From Bryobacterales bacterium (lineage in GTDB: Bacteria > Acidobacteriota > Terriglobia > Bryobacterales > Bryobacteraceae), in the NCBI GenBank assembly GCA_020846745.1, contig JADLDI010000048.1:3-64002 (forward strand): a stretch of DNA of 64,000 nucleotides, written 5' to 3'. Shown here one piece after another: positions 6,977 through 15,575 of the stretch. Under the pieces are notes generated by a model. It did not search any database. It was given only the letters and a program-made list of their open reading frames with translations, and was not told the DNA's origin. The position numbers and the translations under genes are program-made. The stretch's first letter is position 1. Each line of letters opens with the position of its first letter.

Positions 6977-9900
6977 CTACCGCGCTACTTCTGAGACGCA
7001 GGCGAGGCGGCTGAAGTACCCCTTTTGGAAGACGGGCGGCGCGCCGCCCATATCGAGGTCGAAACGGACGGTGAGAGGCTTGCCGCCGGGAAGTGTGACG
7101 GGATCTTTGCCGATGCGGATGACCCATTCGAGACTGGCGGTGCTGCCGGTTTGGCGCCATTGTTCAGCCTTGCCGAAGAACTGCCAGACAGCCCAGAGAC
7201 CGTCGTTGGTTGACCAGGCGAGGTCGGGCCCGCCGCCGAAGCGGACGGTCGCCTTGGCTTCGTGATTGCCGCCACCTTGCCAGATGAACTGCTTGGCCGC
7301 GGCCGTTCCGCCTGTGTAAGTGAGGGTCTGACCGTCGAGCGAGAGACCCACCGTCTGAATTCCTTCCACCGGCACCGGCTTCAGCGCATAAGTGAGGCGC
7401 GGTTCCTGCGAGCCGTCGGGATAGAAGGCGCTGGAGAGGGCGACGGCCTGATTGAAGAACGAAACAAAGGCCGGGCTGAGAGAAACGGTTCCACCGGAGG
7501 CGGGTACAAACTGGGTGCCCTGCTGAATCAGATACTTCTTCAGGCTGCCCTCGTAGAGGGCCCACAGCGCTCCTTCGGGCTTTTTGAAGACCTTGTTCAC
7601 GTCGGCCACCGACGCTTGAATGGTCGCGTTCGAGTTGAACGGATACTTACTGATGAGCGACCGGTACTCACTACAGAAGCCTTTGCCCTTGTCGTTGAGT
7701 TCGGCGGGGCCGAGGCTGCGCAGCAAGGCTTCGACGTTGGTGATTGGATCTTCGAGTAGTTTTTGAACCGTTGCCTCGGCATGAGCGTCGGGGTCGATGC
7801 GGAAGGATTGGGCTAACTGCCGCGTAGTTACTTTGGCGTTGGTGGCGTTCTGCAAGGTCTGCATGGCGGCGGCTTCGCCGGGTTGAGGTTGGCTAGCGAC
7901 GCCTTCGACCGCGGTTTGCAGGGCGACCAGCGCGTTCATATAGGGCTGGTTAGGACCGGCGATATAACGGTCGACGCTGGTAGGCGGAACCACGGCATGA
8001 ATCGGCTGGAACGTGTTTTTCACGTCAGCGTTATCGACATCGGTGTTCTGCGAAGCAAGCCAGAACAAAGCCAACAACGGCGACTGGTTACCGGAGAGGG
8101 TATTAAGTTTCTTACTCGCGTCCTGCAGGTTTGCGTACTTCACGACGGAAGCGGCTTTGAGGTAAGCGCGCCACTGGGAGATGAAGTCGTTGTAATACCT
8201 GTCGGCGAGTTGCTTGCCTAACTGGGCGCGATCGAGGTTGGCGGAGGCCTGGTCACCCAAAACCCACTGTTCACCGCGGAAATACTTTTCGGGGTTCTTC
8301 AGCGAGTTTTTCATGAAATTCCAGCCGGGCTTGGTGAAGGCGCCGGCGATGTCGCGACTGTCGATGACGACTTCGGCAGAACCTGGGAATTTCTTGTTGA
8401 AGTTGACGGAAGGGGCCGTACGGGCGGCGTCGGCCAGCATTGCCTGGTAGATCGGCTCGAAACTGTTCGACTGGGCCAGATACTTACGCGCGGAGGAGAT
8501 CGACGCACTGTCGTTATCGTTGGTATAAGGATTGGCCGCGATGAGTTCTTCGCTATAGAACTCAAATTGCTTTTCAGCTAACTGGCGGCGGGTTGGGTCG
8601 ACCTCACGGCCGGCGGCCCAGTATTTGACCAGGACGGGGGCGAGGAACTCGCGGGTGCTCTTGTCGTGGTGGGAGGTGGTGATGAGATAGGCTTTGAGGG
8701 TTTCGTAAGTGTCGTTGGCGTTGGGTGTGGACCGGACTACAGACAGCACGTTGGTTTGGGTCTGCTCGAAGAGTAACTTACGGAACCCATCGAAATAGGC
8801 ACGGCGGACGGAATCGTAGAGGGAATCGCCGACGTAGAGACCCCAGCGGTAACTCAATCCCGGACCTTCGCGCAGAGTTACGAGGACCTGGCGAAGGGTG
8901 TCGAGGCGCTGCAAAGCATCGAGGGGGGCGAGGTTGCCGCCGGTGGCGGGAAGACCTTGGATGCCCTCCGCGGCCTGCTTCACCTTCGATTCGAGGGCTT
9001 TGTTGCGGGCAAACGAGACGACGAGAGCACCGGCGTACAAGACGCAGGCTAAGATGCCCAGGGTCAGGAGCATGCGTTGGAGCGACCGGCCCTTGACGCT
9101 GGCGCCACTTGCGCCCATGGCAAGTTGGTCGCCGAGGAGAATGTCGTTGAAGAGGTGGCCGAGGAACACCCACTGGGGAACCTTCTTCTTGCCGACAATG
9201 CGAGGGGTGGAGGAGGCCGCCGCGGCGCGCTGCTTGAAGATACCGGTGGCTCCGAACTTATCGTCCGCCTGGGCAGCAGGCGCGGGAGCTACTTCATTGA
9301 CGATGACCGGACGGACGCCGCTGAAATAGAAGCCACGCAGGAACGGCCCGGCGTTGAGCTGGCTGGGGCGGCATAACTCGACCAGGAACTTAACGAGCGG
9401 GGTGCGGAGTTTGCGAAACTCGCGGGGGAATTCGTAGATGCCGGAACGCAAGCCGGGGTCGTTTTCGCGGGAGAGCAGTTCGGGACGGCCGTTGGCAAGT
9501 TTGCGAATCAACTCGTCGAACGAGCCGTTGAGGCGGGCGGTCTCTTCTTCCTGATAAAGACCTTTGCGGTCTTCCATCATGGGGAGGGTGGCTCCGACGA
9601 TCTTGGTGGCTTCTTCGTTATTGAGGGTTCGGACGTAATCGTCGAAGAAAGGCAGCCTGTCGGACCGGGTGAATAGTACGTAGACGGGAAGGTTGATTCC
9701 TAACTGCTGGGAAATCTCGGAGAGGCGTGTGCGGAGGTTGCGGGCGGAGGTGGCGAGTGCGTCGGCGCCGCCGGCGACAACGAGACTTTCGGTATCGATG
9801 CAGACGAGGGCGGCGCGGGCCGGTTCCCGTCCGCCGTGCAGCATGGCGGCGATGCGGCCCGACTGGGTACGTTTGAGGATGCGGACCCAAGCGCCGGTGT

Positions 9901-10396
9901 CGGGAATGAGTTTGCCCGCGCCTTCGACAAAGAGGGTGCGGCGGGCGTACCACAGGTTAGCGGAGGCGGTGGGTACGATGGCGTTTTCCGCGTAGACCTG
10001 ACCGGCGAGCAGTTCGGCCTCGGTTCCGGAGTTGACGATGGTGGTGGTTTTGGCAGCGCCCTGTTCACCGATGACAAAGATGGCGGGCAGGGTGGAGAGC
10101 TTGGCGTCTTTCTCGGATTGGGCGGTTTTGAGGCGCTGGTCGGCTTCGCGAAGCACGAGGTCGAGATCGTCGGCTCCGACGCTGGTGGGGGCGGCACCGG
10201 CGGCAGCACCGCCGCTTTTCTTTCTGCGGTCGAGCCAGGTCAGAGCGCCTGTCACAACGAGGCCGACGACTATGACAAACGCCTGAGCGATGTAGACGTT
10301 GCCGCCCGCCAGAGCGGTAACCATGCCGCGAAGCGGGTAGAGCGCGACCGTAAGAACGATAACAAGGCCGGTAATGATGAGGTAAGTAACTTTCAT
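6977..10396 (-). CDS. tssM: type VI secretion membrane-complex protein TssM (IcmF family)
   Basis: 1139 aa from MKVTYLIITGL. It has N-terminal TM helices and a P-loop-like FVIGEQGAAKTT, then WYARRTLFVEGAGK, followed by ImcF-related and IcmF C-terminal-like regions. The ORF-track N-terminal extension to 10714 is Arg-rich and overlaps tssL. Confidence 0.9.
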   Translation of the reverse strand: MKVTYLIITGLVIVLTVALYPLRGMVTALAGGNVYIAQAFVIVVGLVVTGALTWLDRRKKSGGAAAGAAPTSVGADDLDLVLREADQRLKTAQSEKDAKLSTLPAIFVIGEQGAAKTTTIVNSGTEAELLAGQVYAENAIVPTASANLWYARRTLFVEGAGKLIPDTGAWVRILKRTQSGRIAAMLHGGREPARAALVCIDTESLVVAGGADALATSARNLRTRLSEISQQLGINLPVYVLFTRSDRLPFFDDYVRTLNNEEATKIVGATLPMMEDRKGLYQEEETARLNGSFDELIRKLANGRPELLSRENDPGLRSGIYEFPREFRKLRTPLVKFLVELCRPSQLNAGPFLRGFYFSGVRPVIVNEVAPAPAAQADDKFGATGIFKQRAAAASSTPRIVGKKKVPQWVFLGHLFNDILLGDQLAMGASGASVKGRSLQRMLLTLGILACVLYAGALVVSFARNKALESKVKQAAEGIQGLPATGGNLAPLDALQRLDTLRQVLVTLREGPGLSYRWGLYVGDSLYDSVRRAYFDGFRKLLFEQTQTNVLSVVRSTPNANDTYETLKAYLITTSHHDKSTREFLAPVLVKYWAAGREVDPTRRQLAEKQFEFYSEELIAANPYTNDNDSASISSARKYLAQSNSFEPIYQAMLADAARTAPSVNFNKKFPGSAEVVIDSRDIAGAFTKPGWNFMKNSLKNPEKYFRGEQWVLGDQASANLDRAQLGKQLADRYYNDFISQWRAYLKAASVVKYANLQDASKKLNTLSGNQSPLLALFWLASQNTDVDNADVKNTFQPIHAVVPPTSVDRYIAGPNQPYMNALVALQTAVEGVASQPQPGEAAAMQTLQNATNAKVTTRQLAQSFRIDPDAHAEATVQKLLEDPITNVEALLRSLGPAELNDKGKGFCSEYRSLISKYPFNSNATIQASVADVNKVFKKPEGALWALYEGSLKKYLIQQGTQFVPASGGTVSLSPAFVSFFNQAVALSSAFYPDGSQEPRLTYALKPVPVEGIQTVGLSLDGQTLTYTGGTAAAKQFIWQGGGNHEAKATVRFGGGPDLAWSTNDGLWAVWQFFGKAEQWRQTGSTASLEWVIRIGKDPVTLPGGKPLTVRFDLDMGGAPPVFQKGYFSRLACVSEVAR

Positions 10397-10407
10397 CGCG
10401 CTGCTCC

Positions 10408-11133
10408 CTATACTTTCGCCTTCGAAGTAGCGGTGACGGCGCGAACTTCGTCGGCCCCGCTGCCGAGGATGACTTTGAAGGCGACGAAACAGAGTACGAC
10501 GGCGACAACGCAAACGGCCGCGGCGATTTGAAGGCGCTTCACCCAGGGGTCGGCGGCAACGGGTAGAACGGCGCTGTCCTGAACGAACTGGGTGAATGGA
10601 TCGGAGCTGACGCCGCGGATGCGCTCTATTTTGTCGGCCACCATCCTGGTGACGGTTTGCAATTCGGCGCGGCCGCCGACGCTGTAACGCCCACCGAAGC
10701 CAAGCAGGAGGCACAGGAGATAGACTTCCAGCAGATCGGCGAGATCGTAGCTGTCGGGCCGTTGGAGTAACTGTTCGACGTTTTGGAAGAACAACTCGCC
10801 GGCCATGTGAATGCCGAATAACTCTTCCTGCAACGGCTTGCGCGACCAGCCGACAAACATCGGGCTGCGCGTGTTCAACACCGACTCGTCGAGAAAGCCG
10901 ACGAGCGCAAGCGTAGCCATCTTGATATCTTCGGTGGAGTAGCCGCCTTTACTACGAGCCTCCTGAATGGCGGCTTTGAGGGCCTCGCGCATGCGGACGC
11001 GAAACGATTCGGCATCGTTGATCTCTTGCCGATCGGACCGCAGACGTACGATGGCCGTCAGTACTTCCTGAAAAATGAGCGCGAGGTTTTCCGATCGCAT
11101 TTTACCCGTGGCGTTCCCAGCTTCCGGTTTCAT
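10408..11133 (-). CDS. tssL: type VI secretion protein TssL (DotU family)
   Basis: 241 aa. DotU signature LALVGFLDESVL..W..LQEELFG...GELFF..LADLLEVYLLCLLLGFGGRY plus a single C-terminal TM. There is no peptidoglycan-binding extension. Confidence 0.85.
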   Translation of the reverse strand: MKPEAGNATGKMRSENLALIFQEVLTAIVRLRSDRQEINDAESFRVRMREALKAAIQEARSKGGYSTEDIKMATLALVGFLDESVLNTRSPMFVGWSRKPLQEELFGIHMAGELFFQNVEQLLQRPDSYDLADLLEVYLLCLLLGFGGRYSVGGRAELQTVTRMVADKIERIRGVSSDPFTQFVQDSAVLPVAADPWVKRLQIAAAVCVVAVVLCFVAFKVILGSGADEVRAVTATSKAKV

Positions 11134-11173
11134 CCCCTTCGTCCTCTAACTAACAACTAACTAAATAGTGCGA

Positions 11174-12517
11174 CTACCGTTCCAGAACGGCGAATAATTC
11201 CAGTTCCGCATTGGGCAATTCGGCGGGCACATACACGCCGACGCGCTGCGTCTGGACGATGTGGTCCCAGAACGGCCCTTCGCGGGAGACGCTGAAATAC
11301 TGCGAAGTCATTTGCATGGGCACGGAACTGGGGGGCATCGGCATGTGCGTCAGCGCCAGTCCCGCGATGGCACGCCTGACCAGTTCGCCCACGAATTTGG
11401 CGGAGCAAACCTTAACGAGCTGAGGCGTGCGCGCAATCAACTCGGGTTCGCCAACAGCGGCATGAATACCGAGAATCCACCGCGCCCTGCCGAGCGAGCG
11501 CGAATCGGAGACGTCGGCTTCCCAGAAACAGTCGGCCGTTTTGGCAAGCGGAATAGCAATACAGTTGGTGGGCACCACGGTTTCGAGGTTGGCGCGGATG
11601 TGGCGGTCCAATTCCTCGAAGCAGGCCTCCGGCCGGTCGTGGTCGTAAACGGGGAGATTGCGCGGGTGGGCGTCGAGCGAGAAGGTGCATAGGGCGCCGG
11701 CGAGGCGCGACATCTCCAGGTAGAGTTCCTCCGGGTGGCCGCGCTTGGTCATCCACAGGTGGCGCAAGGCGGAAAGACCGGAATTGGTGCAGTGGAGGAG
11801 CCAGAAGTTGGCAACCTCACGAGGGGAAAACTGAGTGCCGCTGGCGATACCGGCGGCGGCGCGTCCGAGGCTGGAGCTTTTGGCCTCGAGGATTTCGATG
11901 AGACGGCGGACGAGCAGCATCAGCCGCTCACTGGCGCGGATCTGCAGGCAGGTGGGAATGAAGTCGGAATCGTAGACGAAATGACCGGCGCCGTCGCGCT
12001 TGATACGCGCAACGGGCAGGGAAATCACGTCCTCGTTCAGTTCGCTTTCGAGAAAAAAGCGGATATTCTTGCGGCCCAGTTTGACGCCGCGGGTATCGGT
12101 GCCGGTGGTTTCGTCGGTGATGTCGCGTTGTTCGGCGACATATCGCGCTTCGGCCGTGAGGGCCGGGCTACAGTTAGCTCCCTGTGGCTTGCGCTTTTGC
12201 AGGCCGAGGAAGAGGGTCACGCTTTCGGCAGTGGGAGGGAAATCTTCCACAATCGAGCGGACGGGCGGTAATTGGTCCGCCTGAGGCATGTGGAACAAAG
12301 CGCCGTCGGGAAAGATGCCGCAGGCGTGGGTGAGACTCAGGGTTCCATTCCGAAGCGCATCGCCGTCAAGGGAGACGCCGGTGAGGCCATAGCCGCGGAA
12401 CCACAGCGAGTTGGTGGCGAAATGGATGGAGTCTTCGAAATACCGGCTCTGCGCCTGAAACTCGTGTGGTCCCAGGTACATACCTTCGGACCATACAACT
12501 CTCGACAGAAGTTTCAT
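11174..12517 (-). CDS. tssK: type VI secretion baseplate protein TssK
   Basis: 447 aa from MKLLSRVVWSEGMYLGPHEFQAQSRYFED, the classic TssK N-terminus. The ORF-track start at 12562 is an alternative. Confidence 0.9.
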   Translation of the reverse strand: MKLLSRVVWSEGMYLGPHEFQAQSRYFEDSIHFATNSLWFRGYGLTGVSLDGDALRNGTLSLTHACGIFPDGALFHMPQADQLPPVRSIVEDFPPTAESVTLFLGLQKRKPQGANCSPALTAEARYVAEQRDITDETTGTDTRGVKLGRKNIRFFLESELNEDVISLPVARIKRDGAGHFVYDSDFIPTCLQIRASERLMLLVRRLIEILEAKSSSLGRAAAGIASGTQFSPREVANFWLLHCTNSGLSALRHLWMTKRGHPEELYLEMSRLAGALCTFSLDAHPRNLPVYDHDRPEACFEELDRHIRANLETVVPTNCIAIPLAKTADCFWEADVSDSRSLGRARWILGIHAAVGEPELIARTPQLVKVCSAKFVGELVRRAIAGLALTHMPMPPSSVPMQMTSQYFSVSREGPFWDHIVQTQRVGVYVPAELPNAELELFAVLER

Positions 12518-12633
12518 AGGGCGATCTGCAATAGATCCGGCGGCAATGGAATACTGTATCATAGGCGGCGTTTCCCAGCCACGACTTTCGGTACGGTCCC
12601 GAATGCCTGGACTGTCAGTTTAGCGAGTGAAAA

Positions 12634-15369
12634 ATGATTCTTCATCAAAGGTTTGAAGCCCCTGACGCACTGCCGGCCCAAGCGCCGGCGAACGCGGATT
12701 GGACGCTGCCGGGCCGCGACCGGAGCACCGGAAATGCGGTCGCGATTCATCTGCTGGCCGGGGCGGATGAAGCGGCCAACGAGGAGATGTTCCGGAACCT
12801 GGCCGGCCGGCATCAGGTGTTGTCGGCGGCGGACTGGAACGGGCGGACATGCATCATCACGGAACCGCTGCCGAGCGGGCTGCATGTCCGGACTTGGATA
12901 AAGGGTTTGTTGGAGGAGGCGGCGGATCCGCTGGCGCGGGCGGGAGTGTTTCGGATCAAGCCGGGTCCACCGCCGGAGACTGCGGTGGAGACGCTGAAGC
13001 CCGGCCCACCGCCTGAGCCGGTGGGCGGGTTTACGGATATGTTCAACGCTCCGGCTGTGCCGTCCGCGACGCAGCCGGGCGAGTTTACGCGGATGTTCCA
13101 GGCGAAGCCGGTGGTCCGGGCTGCCGTGGAAATCGGGACTGAAGGGAGGGCGGCGCCCAGAGGTGAGCCGACCCCGGCCGCCGGCTTACCTGACGAGTTG
13201 CCCACGCAAGCGATGCCGGCACTGCGCGCCGAGCCTTCCGGTGTGACGGAACCGGGGGAGTTTACCCGGATGTTCGCAGGTCCGCCACCGCCACAGAGTG
13301 CAACGCCACCGCCGCCGAGTGCTCCGCCACCGCCGCAGAGCCTGCCGGATGATCTGCCGACGGCGGCTATTCCTGCTCCGGTGGTACCGGCACCGCCGCC
13401 TGTGGCCAAGGCGGAACCGGGGGAATTTACACGGATGTTCGCGGGTCCGCCGACGCCACAGAGTGCTCCGCCACCGCCGCCGAGTGCTGCGCCGCCGCAG
13501 AGCCTGCCGGAAGATCTGCCGACGGCGGCTATTCCCGCTCCGGTGGTCCCGGCACCGCCGCCAGCGGCCAAGGCGGAACCGGGGGAGTTCACGCGGATGT
13601 TCGCGGGTCCGGTGGCAACGCCACCGCCGCCGAGTGCTCCACCGCCGCAGAGCCTGCCCGAAGATCTGCCGACGGCGGCTATTCCCGCTCCGGTGGTCCC
13701 GCCACCATCGCCTGCGGCCAAGGCGGAACCGGGGGAATTTACGCGGATGTTCGCGGGTCCGCCGGCGCCGCCACCGTCGCCGAGTGCAACGCCACCGCCG
13801 CCGAGTACTCCACCGCCGCAGAGTCTGCCGGAAGATCTGCCGACGGCGGCTATTCCCGCTCCGGTGGTCCCGCCACCATCGCCAGCGGCCAAGGCGGAAC
13901 CGGGCGAGTTTACGCGGATGTTCGCGGGTCCGGTTGCGCCGGCGCCGCCGCAGAGCCTGCCGGAAGATCTGCCGACGGCGGCTATTCCCGCTCCGGTGGT
14001 CCCGCCACCATCGCCAGCGGCCAAGGCGGAACCGGGGGAGTTCACGCGGATGTTCGCGGGTCCGGTTGCGCCACCGCCGCCGAGTGCTCCGCCACCGCAG
14101 AGTCTGCCGGAAGATCTGCCGACGGCGGCTATTCCCGCTCCGGTGGTCCCGGCACCGCCGCCAGCGGCCAAGACGGAACCGGGGGACTTTACGCGGATGT
14201 TCGCGGGTCCGGTCGCGCCGCCGCCGCTGCAGACGTTGCCGGAAGATCTACCGACGGCGGCTATTCCCGCTCCGGTTATCCCGGCACCGCCGCCTGCGGC
14301 CAAGGCGGAACCGGGGGACTTTACGCGGATGTTCGCGGGTCCGCCGGCGCCACAGAGTGCAACGCCACCGCCGCCGAGTGCTCCGCCACCGCAGAGTTTG
14401 CCGGAAGATCTGCCGACGGCGGCTATTCCTGCTCCAGTGGTCCCGCCACCATCGCCGGCGGCCAAGGCCGAACCCGGGGAGTTTACGCGGATGTTTCAAG
14501 GACCGCCTGCGCCGAGCGCGGGGCCCGCTTCGGGACCCCTTGGTCCGGCCCCTGGTCCGGCCGAACCCGGCGAGTTCACGCGAATGTTCCAGGGCAGTGC
14601 GCCGGCCGGTGGTGCATCGAAGGGCGGTGTGTCCGAACCAGGTGAGTTCACGCGGATGTTCCGGCCGGGGGGAACGCCACCCGCGCCGCCTCCGAATCCA
14701 GCGGCGGCTCTGCCACAGTACGCGGCTCCGACGCCGGCCGGGGATGTCCCGCAATTTTTCAATCGGCCGCCGGAGATGGCCTTATCGGAACCAGCCAAGG
14801 CCGCCGGGGGTGCGCCGGCTTCAGAGTTCACGCGGATGATGCACGGTTTCAACGAACCGGGTGCACCGGCGGAGCGGCCGCTGTTTCCAAGTGCGGGACC
14901 GCCTCCGCCGAAGACGGGCCAGGGCGAATTCACGCGGATGCTGGAGACGCCGCTGCCGTCGCTAAAACCGGGGCAGCAGTTTACGCCGCCGCCATCCGGA
15001 GCGGGCCGGGGCGAGCCGGGCGAGTTTACGCGGATGCTCGAAGCGCAGGTGGATGCAACGCCACGGGGATACCGGCAATCGAGCCGGCTGCAGTCCGGCG
15101 GAGATGCCACGCAGGCATTTTCGATGAACGAATTGCCGGTTGCGCCGCCGGCGGGGCCGGAGGAGGGGACGGCGTCGGGGGAACCCACGGAGAGTGAATA
15201 TACGAAGCTGTTCAAAGCTCCGCCGAAGGCCCCTGCTGCGGCACCCGCTCCGGCGGCGGTGAAGCCGGTGATTAAACAGAAGACCGGCAGCTACACTCCG
15301 CTGATCGTGATTGCGGTGCTCCTCTTCCTGGTTATGTTCGGCATCATTATCTATCTGTTGGCGCGGTGA
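12634..15369 (+). CDS. tail-anchored repeat protein with ~17 (G/S)(E/D)FTRM(F/L) motifs
   Basis: 911 aa. It has a ~110-aa N-terminal globular region, then Pro-rich spacers alternating with EPGEFTRMF motifs. It ends in one TM (YTPLIVIAVLLFLVMFGIIIYLL). It is divergent from tssK with a 71-nt (ORF-track start) to 116-nt (preferred start) gap. Confidence 0.8.
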   Translation: MILHQRFEAPDALPAQAPANADWTLPGRDRSTGNAVAIHLLAGADEAANEEMFRNLAGRHQVLSAADWNGRTCIITEPLPSGLHVRTWIKGLLEEAADPLARAGVFRIKPGPPPETAVETLKPGPPPEPVGGFTDMFNAPAVPSATQPGEFTRMFQAKPVVRAAVEIGTEGRAAPRGEPTPAAGLPDELPTQAMPALRAEPSGVTEPGEFTRMFAGPPPPQSATPPPPSAPPPPQSLPDDLPTAAIPAPVVPAPPPVAKAEPGEFTRMFAGPPTPQSAPPPPPSAAPPQSLPEDLPTAAIPAPVVPAPPPAAKAEPGEFTRMFAGPVATPPPPSAPPPQSLPEDLPTAAIPAPVVPPPSPAAKAEPGEFTRMFAGPPAPPPSPSATPPPPSTPPPQSLPEDLPTAAIPAPVVPPPSPAAKAEPGEFTRMFAGPVAPAPPQSLPEDLPTAAIPAPVVPPPSPAAKAEPGEFTRMFAGPVAPPPPSAPPPQSLPEDLPTAAIPAPVVPAPPPAAKTEPGDFTRMFAGPVAPPPLQTLPEDLPTAAIPAPVIPAPPPAAKAEPGDFTRMFAGPPAPQSATPPPPSAPPPQSLPEDLPTAAIPAPVVPPPSPAAKAEPGEFTRMFQGPPAPSAGPASGPLGPAPGPAEPGEFTRMFQGSAPAGGASKGGVSEPGEFTRMFRPGGTPPAPPPNPAAALPQYAAPTPAGDVPQFFNRPPEMALSEPAKAAGGAPASEFTRMMHGFNEPGAPAERPLFPSAGPPPPKTGQGEFTRMLETPLPSLKPGQQFTPPPSGAGRGEPGEFTRMLEAQVDATPRGYRQSSRLQSGGDATQAFSMNELPVAPPAGPEEGTASGEPTESEYTKLFKAPPKAPAAAPAPAAVKPVIKQKTGSYTPLIVIAVLLFLVMFGIIIYLLAR
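13249..14497 (+). repeat. intragenic near-identical tandem DNA repeats (9 units of 126-171 bp)
   Basis: GAACCGGGGGA(G/A)TT(T/C)AC(G/C/A)CGGATGTTCGC recurs at about 13249, 13414, 13576, 13726, 13897, 14029, 14173, 14299 and 14470. Each unit encodes LPEDLPTAAIPAPVVPxPPPAAKAEPGEFTRMFAGP with a variable Pro-rich linker. Confidence 0.85.
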
Positions 15370-15575
15370 CCCACTCTTGGCACGGTGGCCCACTCTGGCA
15401 CGGCGGCCGAGGCCGATCAGGCGGCGGCACGCGCAGCCACGGGCAAGAATCGAAACAAAGGTTTTTTCGTCACCTGAAACCTGAGTTCACAAAGTTGCGT
15501 CCAGCACAATTGCTATACTCGGATGTTGCACGATAGGCACTCTGCCGGGGATTGTTGCGCTCTCATATCCAAACG

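Noticed and set aside
10397-10714. ORF-track N-terminal extension of tssM (106 extra aa).
   Set aside because: The extension is Arg-rich nonsense-like sequence that overlaps the 3' part of tssL. The internal start MKVTYLIITGL gives the expected TM N-terminus and an 11-nt gap after tssL.
12634-12960. FHA domain, TagF-like domain or kinase domain in the N-terminus of the 911-aa protein (expected T6SS regulators).
   Set aside because: No FHA (G-R...S..H...NG) or kinase (GxGxxG/VAIK/HRD/DFG) signature could be found. The domain is left unassigned.
12813-14839. Long ORFs 12813-14465 (-) (550 aa, Gly-rich) and 13298-14839 (+) (513 aa, Arg-rich).
   Set aside because: They are alternative-frame and antisense readings of the GC-rich GEFTRMF repeat gene. 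Their composition is extreme and they carry no motifs; the sense frame has a coherent N-domain, motifs and a TM.
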